Below, one piece after another: positions 17,110 to 27,258 of a DNA stretch of 64,000 bases (position 1 is the stretch's first letter; each line of letters opens with the position of its first letter). This DNA is from Candidatus Aenigmatarchaeota archaeon (GTDB lineage: Archaea > Aenigmatarchaeota > Aenigmatarchaeia > CG10238-14 > SCSR01): contig JAVZGQ010000001.1 in assembly GCA_038998585.1 (NCBI GenBank), forward strand, positions 75,737-139,736, written 5' to 3'. Made by a program: the position numbers and the translations under genes. The notes under the pieces are model-generated. The model had not been told where the DNA came from. It ran no database searches and worked only from the letters and a program-made list of their open reading frames with translations.

Positions 17110-20100
17110 ATGAGTTTTTTATCAAATAGAAGTGGTCTTATTAAGGTTGGGTTGTGGGGATTTGTGATTTTATCACTTTTCTTGTTTGGATTTTTTATTA
17201 ATACTTTTGTTTTCCCTTCACTTGCAGATGTTAATCCTGGGCAAGGCCCATATAGAAGTCCGGAGGGACAACTTGTTCCGGCATGGGTCAATTTATCGAG
17301 GGGTGATATGTTTTTTGCAAATGGCGACGAGGTTTTTATTGTCGTCAATATTAGTTGTTCTCCACCACATGTTTGTAATTCAAGCGCGTACATCGATGCT
17401 AATTTTTCTCAAATAGGTGGAAATGAAGTTAGAGCTGGCGTATTTAAGGAAAATGGAACAGATGGAAGTTGGGCTATTTTTGAAGTAAACGATACAGTTA
17501 ACTTTGCCAACCTGCCTTCTGGGTCAAGCATACTAATAGAACCTAAAAACATTACCTTTAACGCATCGGTTATTAACGATACTTCTGGCGAATATGAATA
17601 TTTTAATTTGCCCGATATATTTGCCACAGTAGTTTTGGTTAACATGTCTTATCCCTCAAGTTGTCCCCCTTCTGGCATTCCATTGCCACTACAAGTTCCT
17701 CTAAGAAATGGGACAATGGTAAGTATATCTGGTTGTGATGTTTGTGAACCAGACTATCATGATAGTGCAATATGGAATAGTACTCATTGGCTTATATGTG
17801 GTCCAGAGTTTGGGGGTGCCACAACTAACTTTACCGAATTAGCAAGAACAGGTAATTTCTCAAATTTTGCTTTAGTTCTTGATGTTCCCGGAAGGGGTAA
17901 AATTAACTTTACCCAAAATGTTAGTTTTGACACTCCAGAAAAGGCTATGTCAATATTTGATTTTGCTATTAAAAGTATAATGGGCAGTGGAAGAATAGGA
18001 ATGAATGAATCAGAATGGAATGGGACCTATACAAGACCAAATCTTAACTTGACAGCAAGGCTCACAATATACAATATTTCTAAGGGTTTGGGAATCACAG
18101 GGAGACCACAAATATTTAGATATCAACATAATTCTCCAGTAGGAATTCCCTGTCCCTCAGAAATATGTTCAGATTTTATTTTCGACGGAGAAAATATTAT
18201 TTTCACTGTATCGAGCTGGTCTGACTATGGTTTAAATGATGCAATAAATGTTACCTTGAGTGCCCCGGGTAACTTCACTTATGTTAATACACTTGACATA
18301 AACTTTACCTATATTCCAGAGTGGGACACATCTGTCACGATGGAAAACTGTACCTTATATGGGAATTTCAGCGGTACTTGGGAAGGGGTTCAGGGAAACC
18401 AGTCAGAACTAGTTAATGGAATAGCCAGCGGCATAAATTATAATGTAAATAACGATGGTGTTTACACATGGAACATTTATTGTTATGACACAACCAATCA
18501 ATATGATTTAGCAGAAGCTAATTGGACTGTAACTGTAGATACAGAAAAGCCACAATGGTCTAATAATCAATCCTGGTATCCAATAAATTACAATTCTTCT
18601 GCATCAATCTTTAACATCACTTGGACAGATGGTAATGGTATATCTACAGTCTTAATAGAAGGAAATTGGTCAGGAGAACAAAACTATAGTATGACCAACC
18701 TTGATGGAGGTGTATATAATTTTAATTCAACACTGCCCGCTGGAACTTTCTATTGGAAATCCTATGCAAGAGATTATGCAAATAACTGGAATGTTTCTGA
18801 CACTTGGTACTTTACCATTGAGCAAGCCACAACTTCATGCAATCTTATTTTTGATTCACCATCGCCACAAACTTATGGCACTCCCGTTACTGCTACCTGT
18901 TTTTGTACTAATCCAGAAGGAACAGCCAAGCTTTATAGAAATGAAACAGATGTTACTTCGACAGAGAATGGTACAGCAGTTGTACTACCAGCCGGTGTAT
19001 GGAACTATGTTTGCAATGTCACAGCTACACAAAATTACACTTCGACAAGCAATTCTTCAGATTATATAATAAACCAGGCTTTACCTTCTTTAAATTTAAT
19101 AATCTTGCCATCAAATTCAACAACCTACCCAACTGCAATAACAGCTTATGGTAGTTTTATTTTTGGAGATACGGGAGCAAACATAAGCTTGTATAGAAAT
19201 GACACTTTGGTTAATTCTTCTAATACTTTAACTTCTATTACTGAAACAATTTTGCTTGGTGCTGGAGTTTATAATTATACTCTTGTTTATGAAGAGACTC
19301 AAAACTACACTTCCGCTAGTTTGATGAACATGACTTTAGTAAACAAAGGAAACCCCAGCTCATATATTAATCTATACATAGACAATTCAACCGAAGATAA
19401 AGAAATTACCTATCCATCAATAGCCGAAATAAGGGGTAATGTTTCAAATATACAGGGGGCAGATGATTTGATATTTAATCTGTACAGGAACTCTGTACTA
19501 TTGGGTTCTGGGGATATAACAAGTCAAACTGTTGATTACACACAACTGGGGAATGCAACTTATGCCTTTGTTTACAATACAACAGGTGGAGCAAACTGGA
19601 CGTCCGGCTCATCTGTGACCAGACACTTGTACGTGTTGAAAGCAATATCAACCACCACTCTAATTATAACACCTTCCTCACCCATAACTTATGAGACTCT
19701 TTCTAATGTAAGTTGCAGCGATACAAATCCGGAGGCTGCAAGTAACTTATACAGAAATGGTAGTTTGGTTAATGAGGAGAATAATGTTAATTTTAGATTA
19801 CCAGCTGGAACTTGGGAGTATGTATGTAATGTTACAGAAACAGAGAATTACACTTTTGCAACAGATACAAAGATCTATGTTGTAAATAAAAAGGATGCAA
19901 ATATTCAGATCTCACCAACAACCCAGACAATTATCTACGGCAATCCCGTTGAGCAATATTGTATTGATGATTCTGATTTAGATTGTGTTCTTTACAGAAA
20001 CGGCACAATAATAACAAATGATACAACTGAGGTTCTAGCTGCCGGAGTTTATGTGTATATAGCAAACATTAGTGATAATGTAAACTATACTAATTATCAA

Positions 20101-21054
20101 GCCACAGAAACTTTAACAATAAATCGAGCCCCGACTTCAATAACCCTTTACTTAAACGGAACAGTGTGGACTTCAGATGTAGAAAAAGAATATCCAAATG
20201 CAACTAGTGTGAATGCTACAATAAATGTGTCTACATTACAAGATTTAGTGCTCTTAGAACTAAATAGTTCAGTTGTGGCAAATCCATATGAGATCTTACA
20301 TGATTTGGGAGTTTATAATTATACTGGAATTTTTGAAGGTAATCAAAACTATTCAGGAAGTTCTGTCACGAGGATGTTGACCATAAAGGATACAACACCA
20401 CCTTCTTTAGTCATAGGTATAACAAATAGCACAAACGGCAAATATCAACCAAGCTCTAGCCAAATAATTCAGGTTTTAGTTACAGACAACTACAAGACAG
20501 CCAACTCGGTGACATTAAATTATTACTTATCATCAAATCATACTTGGTTAACAGCTACAATGACAGGTACTCCTGGTACTACAACAATATATACAACAAC
20601 AATTGACACCTCTGAACTTGTGGATAATCAATTTGTCAAATATTATATAACTGGAGCTGATGATCAATCAAATGCTATAACCCCTTCAGTAGGAGGGAGC
20701 GCAAGCAATCCTAAGGCAAACATCACAATCGATTATTATTGTGGGAACAATGGTGTAGGACTGTCTTTCTGTAGCAGGGCTTACTTATATGACTGGAATT
20801 GGAGAAGTTTGTTCCTGCCTCCCAAGGTAGTAGTTGAGAGCTGGTCTTCACTTGGTGGGAATTATACAGTCCCAAAGGTCTTAGAGTCGATATCAGGCAA
20901 GTATAACTATGTATACTATCACAATGGCTCTCAGTGGACATCTTATGATCCTGCAGTCCCATTATCACAAAATGATTTGAAATATATGAATCAAACAAAC
21001 AGCAACCCATACTGGTTAAATATGACAGCTCCAGGAATCGTGAGAATACAGTAA
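17110..21054 (+). CDS. Large secreted, sequon-dense surface protein (1314 aa) with repeated Ig-like modules and no membrane anchor
   Basis: The N-terminal signal peptide ends ...FPSLA/DV. About five repeats of roughly 90-100 aa share LYRN...AG-Y-Y...NYT. My manual count finds about 70 N-x-S/T sequons. There is no C-terminal TM segment. Confidence 0.7.
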   Translation: MSFLSNRSGLIKVGLWGFVILSLFLFGFFINTFVFPSLADVNPGQGPYRSPEGQLVPAWVNLSRGDMFFANGDEVFIVVNISCSPPHVCNSSAYIDANFSQIGGNEVRAGVFKENGTDGSWAIFEVNDTVNFANLPSGSSILIEPKNITFNASVINDTSGEYEYFNLPDIFATVVLVNMSYPSSCPPSGIPLPLQVPLRNGTMVSISGCDVCEPDYHDSAIWNSTHWLICGPEFGGATTNFTELARTGNFSNFALVLDVPGRGKINFTQNVSFDTPEKAMSIFDFAIKSIMGSGRIGMNESEWNGTYTRPNLNLTARLTIYNISKGLGITGRPQIFRYQHNSPVGIPCPSEICSDFIFDGENIIFTVSSWSDYGLNDAINVTLSAPGNFTYVNTLDINFTYIPEWDTSVTMENCTLYGNFSGTWEGVQGNQSELVNGIASGINYNVNNDGVYTWNIYCYDTTNQYDLAEANWTVTVDTEKPQWSNNQSWYPINYNSSASIFNITWTDGNGISTVLIEGNWSGEQNYSMTNLDGGVYNFNSTLPAGTFYWKSYARDYANNWNVSDTWYFTIEQATTSCNLIFDSPSPQTYGTPVTATCFCTNPEGTAKLYRNETDVTSTENGTAVVLPAGVWNYVCNVTATQNYTSTSNSSDYIINQALPSLNLIILPSNSTTYPTAITAYGSFIFGDTGANISLYRNDTLVNSSNTLTSITETILLGAGVYNYTLVYEETQNYTSASLMNMTLVNKGNPSSYINLYIDNSTEDKEITYPSIAEIRGNVSNIQGADDLIFNLYRNSVLLGSGDITSQTVDYTQLGNATYAFVYNTTGGANWTSGSSVTRHLYVLKAISTTTLIITPSSPITYETLSNVSCSDTNPEAASNLYRNGSLVNEENNVNFRLPAGTWEYVCNVTETENYTFATDTKIYVVNKKDANIQISPTTQTIIYGNPVEQYCIDDSDLDCVLYRNGTIITNDTTEVLAAGVYVYIANISDNVNYTNYQATETLTINRAPTSITLYLNGTVWTSDVEKEYPNATSVNATINVSTLQDLVLLELNSSVVANPYEILHDLGVYNYTGIFEGNQNYSGSSVTRMLTIKDTTPPSLVIGITNSTNGKYQPSSSQIIQVLVTDNYKTANSVTLNYYLSSNHTWLTATMTGTPGTTTIYTTTIDTSELVDNQFVKYYITGADDQSNAITPSVGGSASNPKANITIDYYCGNNGVGLSFCSRAYLYDWNWRSLFLPPKVVVESWSSLGGNYTVPKVLESISGKYNYVYYHNGSQWTSYDPAVPLSQNDLKYMNQTNSNPYWLNMTAPGIVRIQ

Positions 21055-22424
21055 TGTTGGTGTATATGAATGAATTTAAAAAAATTGGAATTTTTTATTT
21101 TTTATTAACTTTACTTCCCCCATCATGTGTTCTTGCTCAAAGTTTGCCCGGCGATTGGAAAGGTTATGTTTTTATTGATGGTTCTATTGCTCCTGATGGC
21201 ACACCTGTCTCGGCAACAATAAATAATGTAGAGGTCGCCAGTACCACAGTAGGGGCAGTTGAATCGGGCACAGGTTATTATTTGATTCATGTGCCAGGCA
21301 ACACTGGAGACAAAGTTAAATTTAAAATATGTGGTGTAAATGTAACTCTTGAAGAACAGAGTTGGTCTGTAGGCCCACATCCAAATACTACCAGCGGTAG
21401 TCCTTACATTAATCTATCAATAACCACTTTAACAGATGGCTCTACTTGTACGTATGCTTGTGGATGTTCTGGAGGGTATTGTGTCCATGGCTATTGTAGG
21501 TCCAGCTCCGTCTACTGTGGAGATGGTTATTGTGACTCAGGCGAAACCTGTAGCAATTGTGCATCTGATTGTGGTAAATGTATGGAAAGAGCTGGGGCAG
21601 CGATGGTATTTCAAACAATTAATTCGGCTTCGCCCACATCACCGGCCGTTGTTAGCATCCCATCAGATAAGGCAAAAAGTTTAAAGATAGATGAAGTTAG
21701 AATAGAGGTAAAAGAAGATGTAACAAATCTCCAAGTAACAGTAAGGGAATCTTTTTTACCATCGTTTGCATCTCTGGCCATCACAACAGACAAAGGCGCA
21801 ACTTATAAGTACATCGAAATAACAACAAACCTAATAAATGAAAAAATTGAAAGGGTAAAAATTAAATTTAAAGTCGAGAAGTCTTGGTTGACGTCCAATG
21901 ACATAGATGAGTCAAAAGTTTCTTTGAACAGATGGTTTAATGGCCAATGGAATAAATTAACAACAACAAAAATAGGTGAAGATTCAACTTATGTTTATTA
22001 CGAGGCAGAATCCCCCGGTCTATCAGTTTTTGCAATTACAGGAGAAAAGAAATCAGCTATAGTAGTAAAACAACCCTGTCCATTTGAGTGCTGTATAGGA
22101 GAGGTAAACTATAATGATAAAGTCTGTCAATTTGGGTATGAGTGTAAAAATAGAGTGTGTGTAGCAATAACTCTAGCATGTAATTGTACTAATTGGAGCA
22201 ATATCGGTTGTGGAGCTCAATCTTGTGAAGAAAATGAAATGAAGCAAATTAGGAGTTGTACACCAGCTGCTTGTGACTCAGAAGAGAGATGTGTAATAGA
22301 TCCAAGTTGTAGAGCAGCAGTGTCTCCTTCTTTGGTATTGGCAATAACAACTGTAGTAATAATTGCAATAATTTCGGTCTTGCTTTTTACTCTAAAACAT
22401 AGAATGAATTTTCGCAAAGAGTAG
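21054..22424 (+). CDS. Secreted Cys-rich protein with a PGF-pre-PGF-like beta-sandwich and a C-terminal TM anchor (456 aa)
   Basis: The start overlaps the upstream stop (TAATG). It has a signal peptide and the motif CGDGYCDSGETCSNCASDCGKC. The segment KIKFKVEKSWLTSNDIDESKVSLNRWFNGQWNKLTT...YVYYEAESPGLSVFAI resembles the archaeal PGF-pre-PGF domain. A terminal TM segment is followed by a basic tail. Confidence 0.65.
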   Translation: MLVYMNEFKKIGIFYFLLTLLPPSCVLAQSLPGDWKGYVFIDGSIAPDGTPVSATINNVEVASTTVGAVESGTGYYLIHVPGNTGDKVKFKICGVNVTLEEQSWSVGPHPNTTSGSPYINLSITTLTDGSTCTYACGCSGGYCVHGYCRSSSVYCGDGYCDSGETCSNCASDCGKCMERAGAAMVFQTINSASPTSPAVVSIPSDKAKSLKIDEVRIEVKEDVTNLQVTVRESFLPSFASLAITTDKGATYKYIEITTNLINEKIERVKIKFKVEKSWLTSNDIDESKVSLNRWFNGQWNKLTTTKIGEDSTYVYYEAESPGLSVFAITGEKKSAIVVKQPCPFECCIGEVNYNDKVCQFGYECKNRVCVAITLACNCTNWSNIGCGAQSCEENEMKQIRSCTPAACDSEERCVIDPSCRAAVSPSLVLAITTVVIIAIISVLLFTLKHRMNFRKE

Positions 22425-22445
22425 TTGGCTTGGTGTATAATTCTT

Positions 22446-23198
22446 ATGATTGATGTTCATTGTCATCTTGAGCAACGGGATTACGATTCTGATAGAGATG
22501 AAGTTATAGAGAAGTGTAAGCAGGAACTCAAGGCTGTAATCACCTCATGTGCTCGCCCCAAAGATTTGGATCTCACCATGCAGCTAGTGGAAAAACACAG
22601 GGGATTTGTTTTTGCCACCGTTGGGATTCACCCACAATATATAAAAAAAATAAATGAAAAAGAGAAAGAAGAATTCTTTGAGATTGTAAGAAAAAATAAA
22701 GATAAGATAGTTGGTATAGGTGAGGTTGGTCTCGATTTCCTCATAGAGGAAACAGAGTGGAGAGAAAAACAGAAAGAATTGTTCTCCGACTTCATATCCT
22801 TGTCAAATGAATTGAAAAAACCTTTGATAATCCATGCCAGAAAAGCTTTCGATGAAGCGATCGAGATTCTAGATGCCCAAAAAGCAAAAAATGTTTTAAT
22901 GCATTTCTTTTCAGCAAAAGAGCTTTTAGATAGAGTGATAGAAAACGGTTGGTACATTTCCGTGAACACCACCCTTCTCACAAGCAAGAATATAAAAAAG
23001 ATTGTAAGGGATATGCCTATAGAGAGGATTCTCACAGAAACAGATTCGCCATGGCTTGGAAGTGAAGGGAAGAGAAATGACCCGCGCTCAATAAAACTTG
23101 TCATTCAAAGGATTTCTGAAATAAAAAAGGTTGGATTGGAAGAGATAGATAAGCTGACTACAGAAAATGCTATTAAGTTTTTTGACCTTAAAGTTTAA
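22446..23198 (+). CDS. tatD: TatD-family metal-dependent hydrolase/DNase
   Basis: MIDVHCHLEQRDY...GEVGLDF...IIHAR...TETDSPWL are the TatD motifs. I prefer ATG 22446 over the TTG at 22425. Confidence 0.8.
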   Translation: MIDVHCHLEQRDYDSDRDEVIEKCKQELKAVITSCARPKDLDLTMQLVEKHRGFVFATVGIHPQYIKKINEKEKEEFFEIVRKNKDKIVGIGEVGLDFLIEETEWREKQKELFSDFISLSNELKKPLIIHARKAFDEAIEILDAQKAKNVLMHFFSAKELLDRVIENGWYISVNTTLLTSKNIKKIVRDMPIERILTETDSPWLGSEGKRNDPRSIKLVIQRISEIKKVGLEEIDKLTTENAIKFFDLKV

Positions 23199-23223
23199 TT
23201 AAAAAAAAAGAAAGGTGGAAATT

Positions 23224-23553
23224 TTATTTCTTCCTAGCCATATCAAATATAGTTTTTAATGCAACTATTGCTGCGGCTGGTGCGACGAACACAAGAATAT
23301 TTGAAATTATAGACGCAAGGTAGGTTCCTGCCATTGGCAACTTATCAAGACCGGCCGAGCCTGTCAACAATAATGCGATCGTCGAGACTAAAAAAGGAGT
23401 CGTATCTTTTTCGGTTATGTTCAAAAGCCCGACTATTACACCGAGAACCACGAGCACTACTGCTGTCCAACCTCCTGAAAATGCTACTAGGCCTGTCAAG
23501 ATGGCCAAAACTATCCCTGCTAGGAAAGTGTATTCTCCTATTTGTGTTTTCAT
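23224..23553 (-). CDS. Hypothetical membrane protein (109 aa, about 4 TM)
   Basis: The ORF is hydrophobic, Gly/Ala/Leu-rich and locally GC-richer. No family recognised. Confidence 0.45.
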   Translation of the reverse strand: MKTQIGEYTFLAGIVLAILTGLVAFSGGWTAVVLVVLGVIVGLLNITEKDTTPFLVSTIALLLTGSAGLDKLPMAGTYLASIISNILVFVAPAAAIVALKTIFDMARKK

Positions 23554-23651
23554 TCAAACACCTATAAAAAACTTGATTCTAAAACAATAAATCTTTATTC
23601 AGTTCGTATAATAAGATCAAAATTTTAGACTCTAAATCTGGATTTAAAGAA

Positions 23652-24866
23652 CTATATTTTGTACCTTAGAAAGGCCCCAATACCACCAAGCTCCTTGAAT
23701 TGTATTCCTTCACTTGTTTCAGTTGAAATATATTCAACCTTTGTCCCTAAAGAAGAAGCTTTTTCTACAAGCTCATCCACAAGATCACAGCTCTCTTCTA
23801 CAATCAGTTTTTGCCCACAATTTGGGCACTTTTGCTTTTCAATCAAAAATTTCAGTAGATTTTTTTCTTCAGAAAAGCCACAAATGCATCTGAACTTAAC
23901 ACGGACCCAACTAAAATCTTCTGATACGAGCAATACATCAACAGCGCCCGCTTCCAAAGCCTTTTTTGTTTCTTCGAGCCCATAAACTACATTCCCGTTG
24001 TTTTTCAGTTCGATGAAAAATTTTTGCATAAGATTTCTTTCCTTAGAAATAATGGCTTCTTTCAATAAATCTTGAGATTTAAAAACAAGTTCTTCTAAAC
24101 CATATTCATCAGTCGACCCAATATCCTTAACGCCCAATACCTTATTTTGAATTTGATAATGTAAGTATTTTTTATCATAAAAAATTTCTTTGACAGGGCC
24201 AGGACCACCTATTATAACACCTTTCAAATTTTCTTGTTTGATAAAAAGATTAGAAGCCTCTTCACCCACTTTGACTAAAAATTCATTCAAGGCATCATCT
24301 CTAAGCCTGTCATATCTTTTCTGGCTCATACCTCCTTTAACTGTTTTGCTAGGAACAGTAGATTCCATAGTTTTCAATTTTTCTGTTCTCTTTCCTTTCA
24401 GTAGACCTATTGTCGCTTCTTTGGCATCCAAAACTATCAGACCATAAACCTCTTTTTCAGATATTAAATCTCTAAGAGGATCAAGCACAAAATTTTGATC
24501 ACACCAATAAATTCTTTGGGAAATTGGAATAGGTGGTTCGTAGCTCCAAAGTTTTATGTCTTCCTTTCCCTCAATTTCAGACACATTTCCACAAAATATA
24601 ACAAGCCCATTATCAGGAGTTTTCTTGAAGAGCTTCAAATGTTGCAGAATCTTTTCTAAAGCAGTCAAGACATTTTTTCTTGTTGTTTTGCTTTTTATAT
24701 TTGAAGCAGTGCCTTTTTCTTGGAAGATTTGATTTGAGGCTTCTATTAAATTGTAGCCAGCGGGAACATAAACACTAATTAATTCTGTGTGTCTTCCCTT
24801 TATTTTTTCCAGTTCTTTTATCAGTTTCTTAAGCCTCAGCTTTTCTTCCTCTTTTATTTCAACCAT
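23652..24866 (-). CDS. prf1: Peptide chain release factor aRF1 homologue with GGM in place of GGQ
   Basis: NIKS (GTASNIKSKTTRKNV), YxCxxxF (YWCDQNF) and the overall eRF1 layout are present. The M-domain motif reads KGGMSQKRYDRLR. I prefer ATG 24866, preceded by AGGTG, over the GTG at 24875. Confidence 0.8.
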   Translation of the reverse strand: MVEIKEEEKLRLKKLIKELEKIKGRHTELISVYVPAGYNLIEASNQIFQEKGTASNIKSKTTRKNVLTALEKILQHLKLFKKTPDNGLVIFCGNVSEIEGKEDIKLWSYEPPIPISQRIYWCDQNFVLDPLRDLISEKEVYGLIVLDAKEATIGLLKGKRTEKLKTMESTVPSKTVKGGMSQKRYDRLRDDALNEFLVKVGEEASNLFIKQENLKGVIIGGPGPVKEIFYDKKYLHYQIQNKVLGVKDIGSTDEYGLEELVFKSQDLLKEAIISKERNLMQKFFIELKNNGNVVYGLEETKKALEAGAVDVLLVSEDFSWVRVKFRCICGFSEEKNLLKFLIEKQKCPNCGQKLIVEESCDLVDELVEKASSLGTKVEYISTETSEGIQFKELGGIGAFLRYKI

Positions 24867-24927
24867 CTTAAACACCTTTCAATAAAAATTCTAAATGGTC
24901 AAATAAAAACTTATATAAGTAGGGGAG

Positions 24928-27258
24928 TCAGTTCTTAATATTGTGCATCACTTTCAAGTCTTTCTCAAAAATCTTAAGCTCTTCAGGGATTTCAAATTCA
25001 ATTTCATCTTTAAGAGAAAGACCTTTCTCTTTCTTCAAGTTCCAAACCTTGGAGTTGAACTCAACAATTTTTTCACTCAGTTTTGTTAGCTCAGTCCTCC
25101 ATTCAGCTCTGGGGAAGATTTGTGTATGGATCGATTTTTTACCATAAAGCTCTAACCATATCTTTTCTGTGATGAATGGGGTTATTGGAGCAAGCAGGAG
25201 CAAAATATTTTTCAGGCAAGTATGTAAAGTGAACCAAGCGGCTTGCTGCTCTTTTTTGTTGAATCCTTGCCCGTAAGCCCTAGGTTTAACCATTTCTATA
25301 TAGTGGGAAGCAAAAAGATTCCAAGTGAATTCTCTAATTTTTGTTGCTGGAATAAAGAAATTGAAATCTTTATATCCCTTTAGGCAATCTTTTATCAACA
25401 TGTTCAATTCGGCCAAAATCCATTCATCTGTTTTACTAAGATTTGCTTTTTTTGGTCGTGGGAAAGAAGAAATAAACCTTGCTATATTCCACAGCTTTGT
25501 CAAGAATTTTGAAGCCGAGGCAATTTTTTCTTCTGAACATCTGAAGTCGTAACCCAAGCTAACCTCAGAAGCATTCCAAAATCTAAAATTGTCGGCCCCA
25601 TACTTTTTCAGAATTGGTAAGGGGTCGATGACATTGCCCTTGCTTTTGCTCATCCTTTCCCCCTTTTCATCCAAACCATATCCCATTATCCAAGCATGTT
25701 TCCAAGCCACTTTTCCTGTAAGCTGGTAGCATCTTAGCAAAGTGTAGTAGAGCCAAGTTCTTACTATGTCTTTTGCTTGTGGCCTTAAGCCGTTCGGAAA
25801 AGTTTTCTTGAAAAATTCTTCATCTCTTAAAAACTTTGAAATGAACAAAGGAGTAATGCTTGAGTCAAACCAAGTGTCAAAAGTCCTGCTCTCACCCTCA
25901 AATTCCTCCCCACCACAATACTTACATTTATTGAAAGGAGGCTTTTCTCTCCAAGGTCGATAATACTTTCCGGGCTTTGGTAAGTTTGGTTTACCACATT
26001 TTTTACAGTACCAAACAGGGACTTCAGTCCCATAAAATCTCCTTCTTGAAATCGGCCAATCTATTGTGATAGAATCAATCCAATTGTATAAGATTTGTCT
26101 ATGCATCTCTGGATGGAATACTATCTTTTCAGCAATCCTTTTTATGTCTTTCAAGAAAGGCAATTGTTTGAGATAAAATTCGTCTAAAGAAATAATTTCT
26201 ATTGGTGTTTTGCCTCTCTCATAAAATGGAGTACGGTGCATTATAGTTTCCTCTTTTTCAATCAAACCTAATGTTTTTAAATCTTCAATAATTTTTTTCC
26301 TTGCTTCATTGACTTCAAGTCCAGCATACTTGCCAGCATTTTCATTCATCTTTCCGTCCAAGTCAATTGCCATTATCTCTTTCAAACCAAGCTCTCTGAA
26401 AAGCCTTACATCCGTGGTGTCACCATAGCTACAAACCATCACTATTCCTGAACCAAATTCAGATTTTGCGGCGGGATGTGAGAGAATAGGGACTTCTCTA
26501 TTATATATAGGCAATAAGGCCCTTTTTCCGGGTAAATCTTTATATCTTTCATCTTTAGGATGTACGAGAATCGCCTGGCAAGAGCAAATTAACTCTGGCC
26601 TTGTTGTTGCTATTGTTATGTATCTGTCTTCGTCAACAAGCTTGAATTTGATATAAACGAGTCGGGTTGATATCTCTTCATAAATGATATCAGCATCGGC
26701 TATTGTTGTCTTACAGTCAGGGCAATAGTTGTTTGGTCTTGTTGATCGGTATATCAACCCCCTTTCCCATAACATTAGGAAAGTTTCTTGTGTGAGCTTC
26801 CTATATTCTTCTGAGTCTGTTCTATAACAATTGTCAAAATCTGCACTTAACCCCATCATTTTCATTATCTCTATAAGCTTAGCTTCTAAATCGTCCAGGG
26901 CAGTTTTTGCTATTTCGATGAATTTTTCTCTAGGAGTTTCATGCATTTTTATGTTGTATTTTCTTTCAACATACCTTTCGACCGGCACACCATTTCTATC
27001 AATTCCTATAGGGAAGAAAACCTCAAACCCCAGCATTCTTGCAGTTCTTGCCGTCATGTCTATTTGCGAATAGTGGGCTGCAGCCCCAATGTGCCACACT
27101 GCCCCCGATGGATATGGGGGTGGGGTGTCTATTGAAAAAATCTTTTTAGTAGTTTTTGGGTTGAAAGAAAAAATCTTTTTTTTCTTCCACTGCTCAAACA
27201 AATCTTTCTCAATTCCTATATCCCATCTTTTTTCCTTTATTTTTGGTTTAAACTGCAT
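24928..27258 (-). CDS. valS: Valine--tRNA ligase (class I, archaeal type)
   Basis: Motifs seen are IDTPPPYPSG..WHIGAAAHYSQIDM, ATTRPELICSCQAILVHP (editing domain) and KMSKSKGNVIDP. An isoleucyl or leucyl enzyme is less likely on these motifs. Confidence 0.65.
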   Translation of the reverse strand: MQFKPKIKEKRWDIGIEKDLFEQWKKKKIFSFNPKTTKKIFSIDTPPPYPSGAVWHIGAAAHYSQIDMTARTARMLGFEVFFPIGIDRNGVPVERYVERKYNIKMHETPREKFIEIAKTALDDLEAKLIEIMKMMGLSADFDNCYRTDSEEYRKLTQETFLMLWERGLIYRSTRPNNYCPDCKTTIADADIIYEEISTRLVYIKFKLVDEDRYITIATTRPELICSCQAILVHPKDERYKDLPGKRALLPIYNREVPILSHPAAKSEFGSGIVMVCSYGDTTDVRLFRELGLKEIMAIDLDGKMNENAGKYAGLEVNEARKKIIEDLKTLGLIEKEETIMHRTPFYERGKTPIEIISLDEFYLKQLPFLKDIKRIAEKIVFHPEMHRQILYNWIDSITIDWPISRRRFYGTEVPVWYCKKCGKPNLPKPGKYYRPWREKPPFNKCKYCGGEEFEGESRTFDTWFDSSITPLFISKFLRDEEFFKKTFPNGLRPQAKDIVRTWLYYTLLRCYQLTGKVAWKHAWIMGYGLDEKGERMSKSKGNVIDPLPILKKYGADNFRFWNASEVSLGYDFRCSEEKIASASKFLTKLWNIARFISSFPRPKKANLSKTDEWILAELNMLIKDCLKGYKDFNFFIPATKIREFTWNLFASHYIEMVKPRAYGQGFNKKEQQAAWFTLHTCLKNILLLLAPITPFITEKIWLELYGKKSIHTQIFPRAEWRTELTKLSEKIVEFNSKVWNLKKEKGLSLKDEIEFEIPEELKIFEKDLKVMHNIKN

